Made by a program: the position numbers and the translations under genes. The notes under the pieces are model-generated. The model was not told the origin of the DNA and ran no database searches. It was given only the letters and a program-made list of their open reading frames with translations. A DNA stretch of 59,429 nt, filler included, from Sphacelaria rigidula (lineage: Eukaryota), in assembly GCA_964200075.2 (NCBI GenBank). It is 9 parts of 9 records of this genome, joined end to end, with 100 filler letters (N's around TTAATTAATTAA, not from the genome) between each part and the next. Parts side by side here need not be neighbours in the genome. Positions count along the whole stretch, not along the records: positions 19,846 to 26,359 come from CAXNAA020019608.1; positions 26,460 to 32,973 come from CAXNAA020019609.1; positions 33,074 to 39,587 come from CAXNAA020019610.1; 6 more parts are not named here. One strand, written 5' to 3'. Below are positions 23,848-37,551 of the stretch, one piece after another. Position 1 is the first letter of the stretch, and the number at the start of each line of letters is the position of its first letter.

Positions 23848-24290
23848 TAAGGCCAAGACAATGTTCAATTGTTTTCAACCGCTTCGCTCTCATGTTCTCG
23901 TGTCATTCGCTGCATAACTGCTGTCTTCGTCCTCCCAAATCAATGAGAACGCGAAAAAGAATAACACGGTGGAAAATATCCTGCCAAAATTTATCCTGTT
24001 CAAACGAACTTACCCTTTGCAGTTCGGGTTCCTGGTTCAAGTTTAACATGACCTTGAGCAGGTTTTCGTGGTTCGGGATCGACACCCCGCGAAAAAAAGC
24101 CAGTTTGAGCGACTTTCGGTGGCCTAAACACGCGCCACAGGTATCAGATGATGCCCAAACCTGAACGGTAATGTATCGCTGCGCCTTCTTCGTGCGCTGC
24201 ATAAGAAAGTGCGGGAAAAAATGCCTTGCTGCCAGAGAAAACTCGGCAAAAGTGGTGAAAAATGTGAAATGATACATTTACATATGTATT
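23848..24290 (+). repeat. ~450-bp dispersed repeat; second copy inverted at ~33145-33599
   Basis: TTTGAGCGACTTTCGGTGGCC...AGAAAACTCGGCAAAAGTGGTGAAAAATGTGAAAT is present as its reverse complement in contig 6. Confidence 0.9.
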
Positions 24291-25301
24291 CCAAGACGCA
24301 ATTCCGGTAGTCTCGTGCGTTCACAATAGGTGTCGATGTCCCATTTTTTTTTTTGCTTTCTGTTGTCGAGAGATCTCGTGCTTACAGTAGTGAAATAAAA
24401 CATCATGATGCGTGTTTTTGTTCTGAATATATATATCTTTTCTTCCTTTTTTGTTTTGTTTGCCTCCGACTTTCTCGTCTGTTTCTTCCGTTCGGAACAG
24501 ATATACCCGATTTCGACGCGAAGAAAAGCATGGCGCAAGACCGACGAAAAATTGTGGTGCATCTCTTGCTGATGATCGTGATTATCTTATTCGGTGAGAG
24601 TATATATTTATGTATCTGTCTCCATGTATCTTGTGTATCGTATATCCGTGTATTTATATTTCCATGTTTCCATGCTTTTATGTTGATCAGACCCTGGACA
24701 AAAGATGCCATCGTCAAAAATTGCACTGCATACAGTATGTAATCTATTGTCTATTGCACCAGACGCAATAGTCGATACTGTCCGCGGTACACTTCTTCAC
24801 AATGTAATGACTTATTGTCCAGGATGCGATTTTTTGTATGTATGGTTGTACCTATGCATGAGTATGTATGTTTGAATCCATATATCTACATATGGGCGGC
24901 GGGACTATGTTTTTTTTTCTTCTTCACTCTACCCGATTTGTATCGTGTGTTTGAAGGTGTCTAGCTCGTGCTATGCTCCCATTGTCGGCCTCATGCTTGC
25001 CGTTTCGTCCGCGTGTGTACGTGTTACCGATCATATAATCTTCCATGGCAAATTGAAGATCAACCTGATCATTTTTTTCGGACACCCTTCTCCCTCACTC
25101 ATGTCATTTTTTCAGTGGACCTCACGAAATGCACGTAAGCAATGGTTGGTACTCGATTTTACTCGATTTCAGACTGAAGAAAGTTCGCAGAAAATTTATG
25201 GCCTGGGGCAGGTGAGCAGTGGTGAGCACTCGTCCAGAACGTCTTCTGGTCCAAAATCGGCTGAAGGGCGTCGATTTGAGCTCTGGCAACGTACACTTTG
25301 C

Positions 25302-25387
25302 CTAGGGATCACCTTACACCCCCCTTGCCCGAGGGTTCTCGGTATGCGTAGGTCGGGGTTAGGGTCAGGGTTAGCGTTAGGGTTGGC
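25302..25387 (-). mobile_element. Short Helitron-like element carrying telomere-like repeats; relatives at 25732-25840, 38546-38625, 38959-39038, weakly 22826-22868
   Basis: The conserved CTAG..ACCTT.CACC..CCTTGCCCG(AG/GA)GGTTCTC is followed by TTAGGG/TCAGGG/TTAGCG/TAAGGG variants. On the minus strand a small hairpin precedes a terminal CTAG. Confidence 0.5.
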
Positions 25388-26359
25388 GGCATCTCCATAG
25401 TACCAACCATTGTTGACGTACATTTCCTTAGGTCCCCTCCATTTTTCGCTCTACATCACGTGTTTCCAGCTGCGCACCCATGGTGAAACTCGGTAGAAGT
25501 TTGTTCCCGTTCGGCTCCTAAATACGCTGGGTGAATTTAGGCATCTGTATATATTTGTTTCTTTAGTGGTGTATACCATCACGTTTGGATCTTCGGAAGG
25601 ATCACGGTCCCCGAACGCTCGCCCGTCGTGGCGCGTAGAATGCTCGCGGTTCGGCTGAAATTGGCGGTTGCTTGAGCGTCGATTTTAGACAAACAAGGCA
25701 CACTTAGCACGAGAGACTGTGTGTACATCTGCCTTGACCGAGGGTTGTCGTGAGCGTTAGCGTTAGCGTTAGGGTTTGCCTTAGCGTCTGCCTTAGCGTC
25801 TGTCTTAGTCTTAGCGTTAGCGTTAGCGTTAGCATTGTTAGCAGAAGCGCTACGGTATGACAATCACGAAGTGCGGTTCAATCATTGGATTTCAAAGCCG
25901 GAAGGGGCCATACGTTTTTACCCTGTTTCTTTTGATTTATTATTTGATTGTTATTGAAAATCCAAGTTGAGCCAAGAACAAAATTGTGACCATGGGGAAA
26001 CAAAGGTGCCCTGGGACGGCCTCAACGAGTACAGCAAGTCATTCCATGGTGCCAAAATCCGCCTGTTGAAGCCCTCTTTTCGGACGTGAAACGACGAAGA
26101 AGGGACCGAAAAGGGCTGGGTTAGCCTCGAGGTTTTACAGAACACAGAGGATGTTTGAGCATGGAAATGGCTAACCCAGTACGCCTGAAACATACTTGCT
26201 TGATCGGACGGAATTTTATTTTTTCATTGTTCTAGTTGTTATGTCCTTCTCTCCCCTCCTCCCCCCCCCTCATCGGTGAGACACCCATGAGGCAGTGTTT
26301 GAGCCGTGGCTGTCTCTGGAAGTGGCGATACCACAGAATAAAGCAACTTATTGTAGGCT

Positions 26360-26459
26360 NNNNNNNNNNNNNNNNNNNNNNNNNNNNNNNNNNNNNNNNN
26401 NNNTTAATTAATTAANNNNNNNNNNNNNNNNNNNNNNNNNNNNNNNNNNNNNNNNNNNN
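26360..26459. other. Artificial contig linker 4
   Basis: N44-TTAATTAATTAA-N44. Confidence 0.99.
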
Positions 26460-29074
26460 TGCGGTGCGAATGCTCTTCAGTTGTCTACCCAACCCGCGGA
26501 CCTTGCCAAAGGTGGATAAGGTCCCAAAATGGCCAGGTTACAGACCCCAGTGGCCACCCGTGAAACTTGAGCACCTTCTTTCATGGTCGCGACATCGCGC
26601 GGCGACGACATACGCGGGGTGCGTATATATAGGCGGGGGTGCGAAGAACAGTAATCAACCGGCCGCCTATGTTATGCATATACAAACTCGCCATCATATG
26701 CATGCTGCGGACGCACCGCGATATAACATATAGTGCAACATACAGGCCGCGTGCGATATGCTGCACGTTGTTCAAGTCCTTTTCACGTCGAACTGTAGGT
26801 AGAGAACATACATACATTGTCCTGCGCTGTCTGTACTGTACTTTTACCCTTCCCTTTCACGCCCTACTTACTGTGCTGCAGCAGCTGTGCGCCCAAATAT
26901 GATGTGGAACGTGCGCGTGAAAAACTGGAGTTCGTGACGGTATATAACACCCGCCCCATATATCAAGATAAGCTACAGGCATCTACATTGTATTTATAGC
27001 CAGCCATCTACAGTACATGGCGCCGCACGTATAAGCACGGCGGTATAGCGCACTGTCCCGCATGCAATGGTATTGCACAATCCAGTACAGTTTATTGGTG
27101 TGAATATATATCCCGAGTACGCAGTATCAACCACGCGATGAGGTGTTTCATTATCCCTTGTATATTGTTTTAGTTTCGTCGACGCGGGACTACGGGGTTT
27201 TCATCAGGTATTTGCATCTATGACCGAGGTCAGATGCGATCCATCATCATGACGTCAGCTGCAACAAAAGCTTGCGTGCAGTATGTGGGACTTGAACAAC
27301 TGAAGCTGCTCGCGAGCAAGTTCTTTCTCCACCCAATTTCAGGTATTCTTGGTGGTGTACAAATTCCATCTGCTATATACAGTGTATATGGGATTATCTG
27401 TACAGCTGAAGCTCTTCGAAATGAATTGTTATGGTACCATAATTACCACCTGGGTAGGAAGATGCCAGTTCAGTGGGCACCGGGGCTAGCAGGCCCAAAC
27501 ACAATCTTTAGTATCGAAGCCATTGAGTTCGACATTACCGAGTGTAAAGTCAGCCACCGCACCAGTGGTCAGGTGTCATGCCATGAGCCGCGCAGGCTGC
27601 AGCACAACATGGGTTGCATGAAGGTCAGGCTTATATTTGTGAAGACCAGAGAATCCTCTGAGATAGCAGTCCATGATGGCGTAGATGCTCTTGTATTATT
27701 GGCGTACAGGCTAACTTGTGCTTTGCTAGTTGAGATGCATAGTCCAAAACGCTGTGACCCAAAAGGGGCGGCCAGGTCAATTCAATCAAACAATGTAGTA
27801 TGACCCATCAGGTACAAAGCCTGACAAAGTATGACAAATGGAACCCAGTCGACTGGAACATGACCAATAAATCTGTAACACTCGTGTTATGCAGTCGCCG
27901 AATCATGCCGACGATCGCCTCACGGTATGATTCGTTCCCATCTCGATTTTGTTTTACCGTAGTATCGCCGCCTACCCTATTCGAAGTAAGGAACTGTTCG
28001 TCTGCCCTAGTCTATTCGTTCGATACGTCTACCGCCGAGGCGCGCGGTTCGGTACAGCACACTGCACCACAGTCCACCACAGCATTTCTTCCACAAACCT
28101 AACGAACATCGGACACTGTCCGTCTCGCCATCCCGCCACCACCTTATCGTGTACTTGTTTTGCAGGTCGTAATCTTATATGCACCTCCATTCACCGGGCA
28201 CTGACGCGATTGTTCGACACGCACTGCAGCGACGGCACCCCAGCGTACATCGATGAACTGTACGCCCAATTCGCGCGTATAGCACACGTAGGGATGAGTT
28301 GTGAGCACCGAGAGCGCGTGTAAACCATATCGTATATGTTTTACACCGCATAAACTGCGGCTAGACTGTGTTATTGGGGGTGAACGTTGGGGACCTCCGA
28401 CAGCAATGCATATTTTGGAAATAAAAAAACACAACTGGATCATCCGGCTGTGATTTGTGGCCTCGCTCATCCTAGGGTTAGGCCTTAACCTTAATCCTAA
28501 TCTTAACCCCCATGAGATGGAGGGATCCTGCAAATTCAAACGGTAAAAACATTTTGTGCACCTCTACCGTGGGATCACCCAGTAAAACTTTGTAATTTAC
28601 CGCGGTAATTGACCTTGGTAATTGGGCTGGGAATCGGCTGTAACTCCCCACCTATGTAAAGATATTGAGGACCGAGACCGTGGTTAGGTTCGTATTTGGA
28701 AAACCTCACTCTTCCTTTTTTTAACGAAGTCTACGTCATCAAATAACAGAATTTATGGACGAAATTCCAACCAATTGAAAAATTCGAAATAGAATCCCGG
28801 AGTAAATCCTGCAAATAATGTCGATACGCGGGTGGTATTTTCCGATGTCAAATAATCTACGGTATCGGTACGACTCTCACAGGGGTAAAAAGGTACGGTT
28901 GCACAGTACATGAGTGTCCAAGCATATCTCGATGTCACGATCTACTTTTGGCATCGAAGGGTTAGTAAGTAGGTGGAAGTATGTCATTGATAACCACTTT
29001 TGATCCTTAATTACGATTGTTTGACACGATCGCCGTACCCTGTAAGGGCTCTTGCCTGTTCACGAGACAACAGC

Positions 29075-31049
29075 AGGCAGAGGTCTTCAGTGCCGCGTAC
29101 ACGAGCCTGCCCGTCTACACCACCACTCTCCGCTCCTTGGGCAACTTCAAAGGGGCCCTGATAGACGGCCATCGCGTGTTCCCCATCGTTGGCATAACGT
29201 CGAGATCCGGCCTGCGGGGCCGGCCCAGGTCAGCGTTGGTATGAAGCAAAACATGCACAAGCCTGACTTCACCGGGATGACGGCTCCCGGTGTCTTCGAA
29301 GGCCCCCCACACTTACTTTTCCGAGCAGGTGTCCCAGATAATATGGAGATAGCGCCTCCCTTCAACCTGAAGGTCGTCGATGCAGCCGAGCGGGCGTGCG
29401 TTCTGGCTCGCTACAATGCCGTGCACTGTCGCCTGGCGTCCCTCTACCCCCTAGGTGCGCGTACACCAGAAATTCTTCATTATTATACTGTGCCGCCCAA
29501 ACTACCCTCGTGTGCTCGCGCGTGCACGGTTTTTGCAATCGCTTCCCACCTTGTTGTTATAATTGTACCGTTTGACGCTTCAGCAACCGGTGTTGATTTA
29601 GTCCTTGGTCGGTGGTCTCACGACGTGCTCGGACTCAAGTCTGTACCCGCTGTACGGCACTATGTCAAAAGGGTGTGATCTGTTATAGGCCCGTTATTCT
29701 CTGTCTTCTCAGCACACGTTATTTGTTTTTGTCAAAAACAATGGCGCTTAAAGATGGAGCACACCCCTAACGCAAGGTACACAGCGAGCCCTCGGGCAAC
29801 CAAAGTACCGAATAGTACAATACAGGGATAGGCAAAGTGGGCTTTGTTTTGACCCGAAATGGCGTCTCTGCGTTACCCCGGGATACCCAAGTTGCAGTTG
29901 AGGGCCTATTTCCGGAGGGTTCAGTACTGACAGTTTCATTTGCAGATAGGGCGGTCAGGGTAGACCTGCCGTCCTCTGTTCACACAGCTTTTTTGTTTTT
30001 GTCGACTACGTACGAGTGTGTACTTCTGTGCGCATTGTGTTACGCAAGAGGCAGGCCGTAAAGGCGGACAACCTCTACTTCAGTTTGGGTATTTATATTT
30101 TTTCCTGCCTTATGTAGTTCTGAATTTTGTCACCTTTTTTTTTTCACGGTTTATATATGATTGTCCTTCACTTTTATCCAACGAGTGTTCCCGTTCCGGT
30201 TGTCGATAATGTTACCACGGCTCGATTGCTGGGGGATCATTTGCTGCACGGCGATCAAGTAATCAATCATCTTGCCGAACCAAAACCACGAGGAGGTCGC
30301 ACACGGGCCGCCCCTGATCCCATCAGACCGCACGCGTGCTCGCAGATTTGGAGAGGCAGGAGAGAGCAAAATCGAAATGGCTACTTCCCACAGACTACTC
30401 GACGCGAAGGTCTCCGTGCCTTGGAATCTTACTTGCCACTGGCTGCGGCGCAACGACGTGCAGCCAGTCCAAGGGGCGGCGAAAGAGGACACGAGGACAG
30501 ATGAATATAGTCTCGGCGATGGGTCAGGTAGGGAGCTGGACACTTCTGTTCATGACAAGTCGTGGGGTGTCGTCCAGTACTCCGGGGTGTGTGGGCAGGG
30601 TGGGGCGGGCACCAGCGGTGGCGCCGTCCCTGGTGAGCAACCCGACATTTCCTCATTCGTCAAGGTAGACTTCGTTTTCTTCCTCGCTGACGAAGCCCCG
30701 TTTTTGGCGGGCAAGGTGATCGACGTACGGGAGACGGCCGGCAGTGAGGCCGACGTTCAGGCGCTGGTGGTCACCTGCGACCTCCGAAGCTCGCAGCGGC
30801 GCTGCTGATTGCAGCATCAGAGAATACGGGAAGGGTAAGCTCACCGAAGACTACAAAACCACAGAAAGTTGTGACGGGGCTGGGGTCGACACCACCACCA
30901 GGAAGCGCAAGTTAGCCCCGGACGTGGAGTGGATGGCGTCGGATTTGGTCACGGCTTCATGTCGAAAACTCAATTTCGGGGCCAAGATTCCAAAGGGGGT
31001 ACTGGATGAAATCATTGTCGCAAAGTCACAACAAGAGAAGAGTAAATAA
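29075..31049 (+). pseudogene. Frameshifted, intron-containing coding remnant, probably a DNA-transposon protein C-terminus
   Basis: GC-rich codon-like blocks at 29075-29454 and ~30400-31049. The protein-like text switches frame near 29200 (VFPIVGIT to VEIRPAGPAQVSVGMKQNM) and near 30755 (FVFFLADEAPFLAGKVIDV to RWWSP...KIPKGVLDEI*). The family is not securely recognised. Confidence 0.45.
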
Positions 31050-32973
31050 TTGTAAAGGACAGCGTTCTGAACGTCCAGTTTTGGTCAATAAAGCAGGGCA
31101 AGAGGTTCAGACGCCGCGTATGGTGGCTTATGTGGACAGTATACCGTACTTTGTTCAACCGCAATGCAGCGCCGAGAGGGTTGACCGTGGCGTGCGTCGC
31201 GCGCTCGTGACCGATACAGATATAGACGAGATTTCCGTTAGCTTATAAATTTGACCTCTTGTAAATTTCACACCACCCCTTGCTCAACCGTCGAAATGGG
31301 GGTGAGTGAGCGTATGTAGGGTTAGGCAGAGTTATGTGCAGCGCCATGGAAGAAGAGGGGAGTCTTGGTGAAGGGTGCCGGGTGAGACAGTCGCAATAGT
31401 AATCACCCCCTCATGATCTGCCGACAGGAATCGTGTCTTGCAACCGACTGGGGAGCACCGAAAAGGATATCACACCTGCGGATACGAGATTCCTGGGGTT
31501 GGGTTGGGGTAGGGGGTTTGGGGGGGGGGTCATCGTCCTGTCGCGTTGTGCGTGGTTTTGTTCCGGGGGTACCCGTTGATGAGAAAAGACAGCGTCAACG
31601 CTTGTCGATCGCAACCGATGGTAGCACCGTGCGTGGAACACCTGCTCGCGTTCTCGAATTCGATGAAGACGATGCATCATTCTTGTCGCCAGAGGGAAGG
31701 GTTCAAAGGGGAGTATCCGAGTCGTTTCCGTGACGGAATCTTGTGGGCAATGGGCTATCCATGTTGCGTTGAAACCGACTTTTTGATTGAGGGGGGCGTA
31801 CTTTTTGATTGAGGGGGGAAACACAAACCCGCAGCTGATCGATACCACGACACGAACGGTGCCCGTCTTGGTCGTGCCTGACGAGCATCCCCCCCACACC
31901 CTTTTGGGCATGATCGAGTTGTTGTTCCTCGCGCTGGCGCAGCCCGAGGGGGGCGGGGCTTAGCGCAAGACATGGGATCCGTGCGCTGCCACCTTTTTCC
32001 CTGTGGTGTAGAGTAACAAGAGTGCTCACCTGACTTACTTCTCTCGATTCTTCGACGTACTGAATATGACTCGTTACGGGTTCACCTCCAAAGGTTACTT
32101 CTTCCGAATAAGAGCGTGTCTTCAGTACTTCTACTACAAACGGTTCGCAAGTCGGGTTGCCCACTTGAGCCTCGTCTCGGAGTTGAACCTCAATTCGCAC
32201 AATTTGCTGTTATATGTTGTATTCAATCTGAACCAGCTTGTAAACATCCGATTAACCGGTTTGTTGCGACATGATTTGCGACTTGATTTCTGTGATTCGA
32301 TTTTTGCGACATTCTTCGCTAGATTTTTCCGATCTAAAACCCCTATTGATTTCGTTTTTTTGGAGAGAACTTTGTCAAAAGAAACGAAACGCATTTTTCT
32401 CGGAGGGGCATCTGGGCACACAGCATTGCTGCTGCCGACCTGTTATAGTATCATCCTCCAAATCGAAGTTTTGGGTGAGAACGCGAGTGAGAACGCCCAG
32501 CGTTTGGTGCCCATGTACAAGAAAGGATGATCTACATCTAATATCATGCTCCAAAACATCCCCGACAAGGGGGAAACATCCCCGTACAGACAGTAGCAAT
32601 GCTAGCGGATCCTACGCCCTGACAATCTGGCAGCCGGCAAGGTGGTTATGATAGTGTCCTTCTGGCGATATCAACTTACAGTGAACTGGAGGAGAATTGG
32701 CAGGTGAATATTGCGGCGATTGCGTAACCTGCGGTTCGCCCAGATGTTGCGTTTTTTGTCGCGATATCACCAAGTAACATTACATACATTTACATGTGGA
32801 AATATACCAGACCCTCCGTTACATTATAAGTCGAGATGTACCAGACCCTGCATTATGTATGGGAATGTACCCAACCGTGGACAAAGATTTCTACAGTCAG
32901 TACGAACACGATGTTGAAAGTGTACTGCGCACAGTCAGTGTGTTGTTTGTGTTGTCGTCCCATCTATTCTGGA

Positions 32974-33073
32974 NNNNNNNNNNNNNNNNNNNNNNNNNNN
33001 NNNNNNNNNNNNNNNNNTTAATTAATTAANNNNNNNNNNNNNNNNNNNNNNNNNNNNNNNNNNNNNNNNNNNN
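32974..33073. other. Artificial contig linker 5
   Basis: N44-TTAATTAATTAA-N44. Confidence 0.99.
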
Positions 33074-34164
33074 CCCTGCTTGCACTGGGTCTGTATACAT
33101 GTGTGACATCAGTCTCTGATATGTCACTGCAAAGGATATCTCCCACATGTACATGTATAATTTCACATTTTTCACCACTTTTGCCGAGTTTTCTCCGGCG
33201 GCAAGGCATTTTTTCCCGCGTTTTCTTTTGCAGCGCACTGAGAAGGCTCAGCGGTACATTCTCGTTCAAGTTTGGGTGTCATCCGATACCTGTGGCGCGT
33301 GTTCTGGCCACCGAAAGTCGCTCAAATTGGCCTTTTTCGCGGGGTGTCGATCCCGAACCACGAAAGCATTTTCAAGATCATGGAAAACGTTAAAAAAAGA
33401 ACCCAAACCACAAAACAATTCCGTCCAAGATCATGAAAAATCTCAAACAGGATTACTTTTGGCGGGATATTTTTCCTCCGTGTTTCTCATGGTCGCGTTC
33501 TTGTTCATTTGGGAGCACGAACACACCGGTTATGCCGCCAATGTCACGAGGACATGAGAGCAAAGCAGTTGAAAACAATTGAGCATTGCCTTGGCCTTAC
33601 TCAGCAGCAAACACAAGACAATGCAATGCGCCGTTGGCGTGTTGAACAAGAAACAGCAGTACAGGAATGTTTTGCCGCAAAAATAATCACCCTGTTTTAC
33701 AAAAAGGCCCGGTGATGTGGAAGCCACAGTGATGTACAAAGAACATGCCAGGAATGTTCCACGCATTCCAATTTTTCGGGAGCGCCTCCCGATGTCATGT
33801 ATTTATGCCACAAGAGCTACTTTGCACTCTGGCACCTCGGAAATACCACACGTGTCCTACGCCGGCGGTTCCGCCGTCGGCCTCCGTCCGAATTTCCGTA
33901 TTTTCCGAACGGCATCCGGTAACACATGCGATGTTTTGTACAGCCACGACGACTACTGTACATTGAGATACAATAGCCTCTCTCAACCCTTAGACCGTGG
34001 TGCGGGTATTCCATCTGGATAACGCATACATTTTTCAACTGAATGTTGATGCCGATTCGGCAGGTGACGGGTTAACCGTATATGTTCGACTTGCGTCACC
34101 CCCGGGAGGCCCGTACCAACCTCCCGAAGGGGAACCTTGCATATATATCAAATATATTATTAGG

Positions 34165-34995
34165 GAAAATGATCCCCCGCTCGATACTGGGATCAAGTGA
34201 GCAAAATGATCCGCTGCTCCATACTGGGATCAAGTAAGCGTGTGATCCTTCTCGGAACACTAATTTACATCAAAAACCACGTGGTGAGGAGATCAGGAGC
34301 AGCAAAAGGATCAACAAGAAAAGACACCACAAACAGCAGCGCAAGAGCAGAATAGACGCTTCAATGGCGAACCACAAACAGTGAGACCCGAAATAAGTAG
34401 AACAGAATAGACGTTTATACAGCGAGAGCCCCCAAAAATAGAACATAACAGTTTACTTTCAAGAGACCAAGAGACCAGACCACAACGATAGAGGATCATC
34501 AAACCGCAAATAGACGTTTCGAAGAGACCATAAAGAGCGAGAGCCCAAAAAAACTACAACATAATAGACACCCACATAGGGCAATTGTTTAAAGCTGTTC
34601 GCCGCTTTTTCGGCGACAGTAGAGGCTGCCCGCGGTGACAAAGGATGGAGGATCATCATTTCAAATTTTATGCAGGCTATAAGCTGTTCGCCGCTCTTTC
34701 ACGACAAACAAAACCGCAATCACTGCTTCGTCCGCACACCGCCTACTGTAAATTATGAATAGACGTTTCAACAGCGAAAGCCCCCAAAAAATAGAACATA
34801 ACAGTTTACTTTCAAGAGACCAAGAAACATAGGGCAGTTGTTTACTTTCTGGTAGTAGAGGCTGCCCGCGGTGACAAAGGATAGAGGATCATCATTCGAA
34901 ATTTTATGCAGGCTCTAAGCTGTTCGCCGCTTTTTCACGACAAACAAAACCGCAGTCACTGCTCCGTCCGCATACCGCCTACTGTAAATTATGTT
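34165..34995. repeat. Nested local tandem duplications (37-bp dimer at 34165-34240; mosaic duplication 34405-34757 versus 34758-34995)
   Basis: AAAATGATCC...ATACTGGGATCAAGT occurs twice. AATAGAACATAACAGTTTACTTTCAAGAGACCAAGA and AGAGGCTGCCCGCGGTGACAAAGGAT...CCTACTGTAAATTATG each occur twice. Confidence 0.9.
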
Positions 34996-36465
34996 ACAGT
35001 TGAATCTTCTCACCGATTTATTGGTTGCACTCACACAATGCCCGCAGACTCCTGCCAGCTTCGCCCGCACTGTTCCAACAGCGAACGGCATTTCCTTCAC
35101 TACAGCTGGTGGTGTAGATGAAACACCGTTTTTTTTGCTTATTGTTCTGCGGACTTTGTGGTTTTGGTGTTTTATGCTGAATCTCCGATGGCTATGTTGA
35201 ATCTTCTCCGATGTCTACATTCAATCGGGGGGACGACCGCGGGGCAGGGGATGAATGCTTGGGCTCGTGGCGTGGTGTGGTTACTCCTTTATGGCTGGCA
35301 ATTGTGTACTGCATGTACCATCGATACGTATGTTCCATCATGCTCCATCATCGCTTCCTATTTTTGAGACCCGTGGTTATGATTTCATGATCGCTTCCGA
35401 CGGAAAGCGATTTTCAATACAAAAAAATGTGGTGATTGCAGCGTTGTGGTTTCCGAAGCCTTGAACGGATGAACTTTACCGTCTGCATGTATACTGTGTG
35501 TTTGTGTGTTACTGTCCCATCTTTTCTGGACGCCGGTCTACACCTTTCGGTATAAGTGGGCGCATCAGTCGGGGTCACGCAGGAGGAAGGTCAACACAGG
35601 AGTTTTTTTTCACGTAAAACAAACTAAATCGTGTTGTTACTCCTTGGAATAGCTCTGGTTGTGTTGGGTTGTGTGGTACGCCTTTGCACGTGCGCCCCTG
35701 TCAACCAGACATGTTACGTTTCCCGTCAAGGTGTCCGCAAATCCAACGTCAAAAGAGGATTTCAGGAAGCGCTTTTTCTGCGCTTCATGAGGTCTTTTCT
35801 AAAGAAGGTATTTCTGGACACGTTTTGGGGATTTGTTTTTGGGGTGGCGGGTGGTATCGCAGCGACCACTCAGCGATCGTTTTTCAAAAAAACAATTTCG
35901 AAAAGGGGCTGATTTAAACTTGATTGAACCAACAAATGATCATGATCGACGCAGGGGTGCACGAGGAAACAAAATGCCGCACACGTATGAACTACTGTAC
36001 CCTTCTAGTTTTTGGACCCGCTCAGGGCACACGCGGCCATTTGGCTACCCCCCAAAATGTTTCCGACCGAGCAGCGATCGTTTTTATTAGAGGATTTGAA
36101 AAAAGAGGGGGGAAATGCGGTTCGATGAGAAGGACCCTGGGAGAGTACAGCAGCATGTTGCTGAACTCCTGTACTCTGCGTTGGTTGTTCTGGCTCTGCA
36201 TTGAAAGTGTGATCCATGTCATCACGGTCGGGATGGTCACGCGGCACTGACCAGCCACAAGTATTTTTGCCATAATCCTAGGTTGCACAGGTGTCGACGA
36301 TGCATCCGGGTGCTCATATATTTTTTCTGCACGTTACGGTAGAGTTCAAGGGCAGGTCGAGTAGAGTATGTACGTTTGAGTATGCTCCTGCTCGAAGAAC
36401 GCATACACGAGAAGTATTGACCATAATATCCTTCCTGCAGGCAAAAAACAAACGAACGACTCTTG

Positions 36466-36722
36466 CAAGAGTCGGATAAATAACGAGTCGTCTGGAAATT
36501 ACTTGGTGTTAGTAGAATTGATTCAATTCGTACAAATCAATCCCCAGGCTTTGTTTTCAGCGTTGCAACCCAGGAACACGCAGCCCAGACACGTGGAATG
36601 GCGCAAAAGTTGCGCGGATATCCCTTGGACCAGCCGTCATTTTTTTTCTCCATTTTGCGCAATCAGGCGAAAGAAATCGTGGATTTGGTGATTCGTAGTC
36701 GAGATGATTTTTCCTAGCCGTG
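36466..36722 (+). mobile_element. 257-bp 8-bp-TSD MITE, copy 3 (partial copy 4 at 39688-39735)
   Basis: Perfect TSD GACTCTTG at 36458-36465 and 36723-36730. Homologous to 14672-14930. Confidence 0.92.
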
Positions 36723-37154
36723 GACTCTTGATATTATTTTCACACCAACTACAAGACCGGAGCGTCTTCGCTATTCCCGAGTTGTGTGCTTCGAGCCCAA
36801 ATACACCTACTGGGTTATAGCCCTTTCCAGAGCACGTCCCGCGCTCAGCAGAAAAAATAGGACAATCAACTATTATTTCTCCTGCAGGTTTTGAGGATCG
36901 GCTTGAAAAGCACGTGGAAATGAGGATCAACCCCGAACGTCTCACTGGTGCGGAGGTGTATGTGGCGTCTGAAAGGAACAGCGTTACCTTGACGCATGAT
37001 TTCTCCCTGTCAAGGATGTAGTCTAAAATCGAAATCAAGTGTATCGCAAGAAACGAAGAAAAAGGGGCGATGGTTCAGAATGGTTAGTAGAGTGTCGCCA
37101 AACAGTCCGGACACTTTTCGGAGGCTAGCAACCCCCCCGCGTTTAGCACCCCTA

Positions 37155-37374
37155 CACACGCAGCCATTTGGCTACACCCCAAAATGCCTCCGGAGGAATG
37201 CGCGGCCCTCCAGAGGCAAAACAAGCCTCCGTAGGCCTTCACTCCCGCTGGAAGAAACCAAACACTACTGCCCTGGAGGGCCGCGCACCCCTCCAGAGGC
37301 GTTTAGTTCCTATGGAGGCTCGAAACGTTTACCGCCCTGGAGGAATTTTCGGGATAGCCGAATGGCCGCGTGTC
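37155..37374. mobile_element. 220-bp MITE flanked by TA; related terminus at ~36027-36066
   Basis: TA|CACACGCAGCCATTTGGCTA ... TAGCCGAATGGCCGCGTGTC|TA. Confidence 0.7.
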
Positions 37375-37551
37375 TAACGCTCATCATGTTAGCTGTTGGG
37401 CTTGAAGCCCATATTTGCTTATACTTTGTACTTATTAGTTATGGTTGACGTCGTTTTCGCTTCTCGCAATTTCGTTCAAACCACCACGCGTGCGAGACTT
37501 GTGTCGTTGGTACCTGCGGCGGTACTGCCACGTGCGTCAGCCGTAGGTTAC

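Noticed and set aside
27234..27803. 189-aa ORF
   Set aside because: No recognisable motif or splice support on either strand.
31411..32651. Cluster of overlapping ORFs on both strands
   Set aside because: No interpretable domain. It may be decayed mobile DNA but cannot be supported from the sequence alone.
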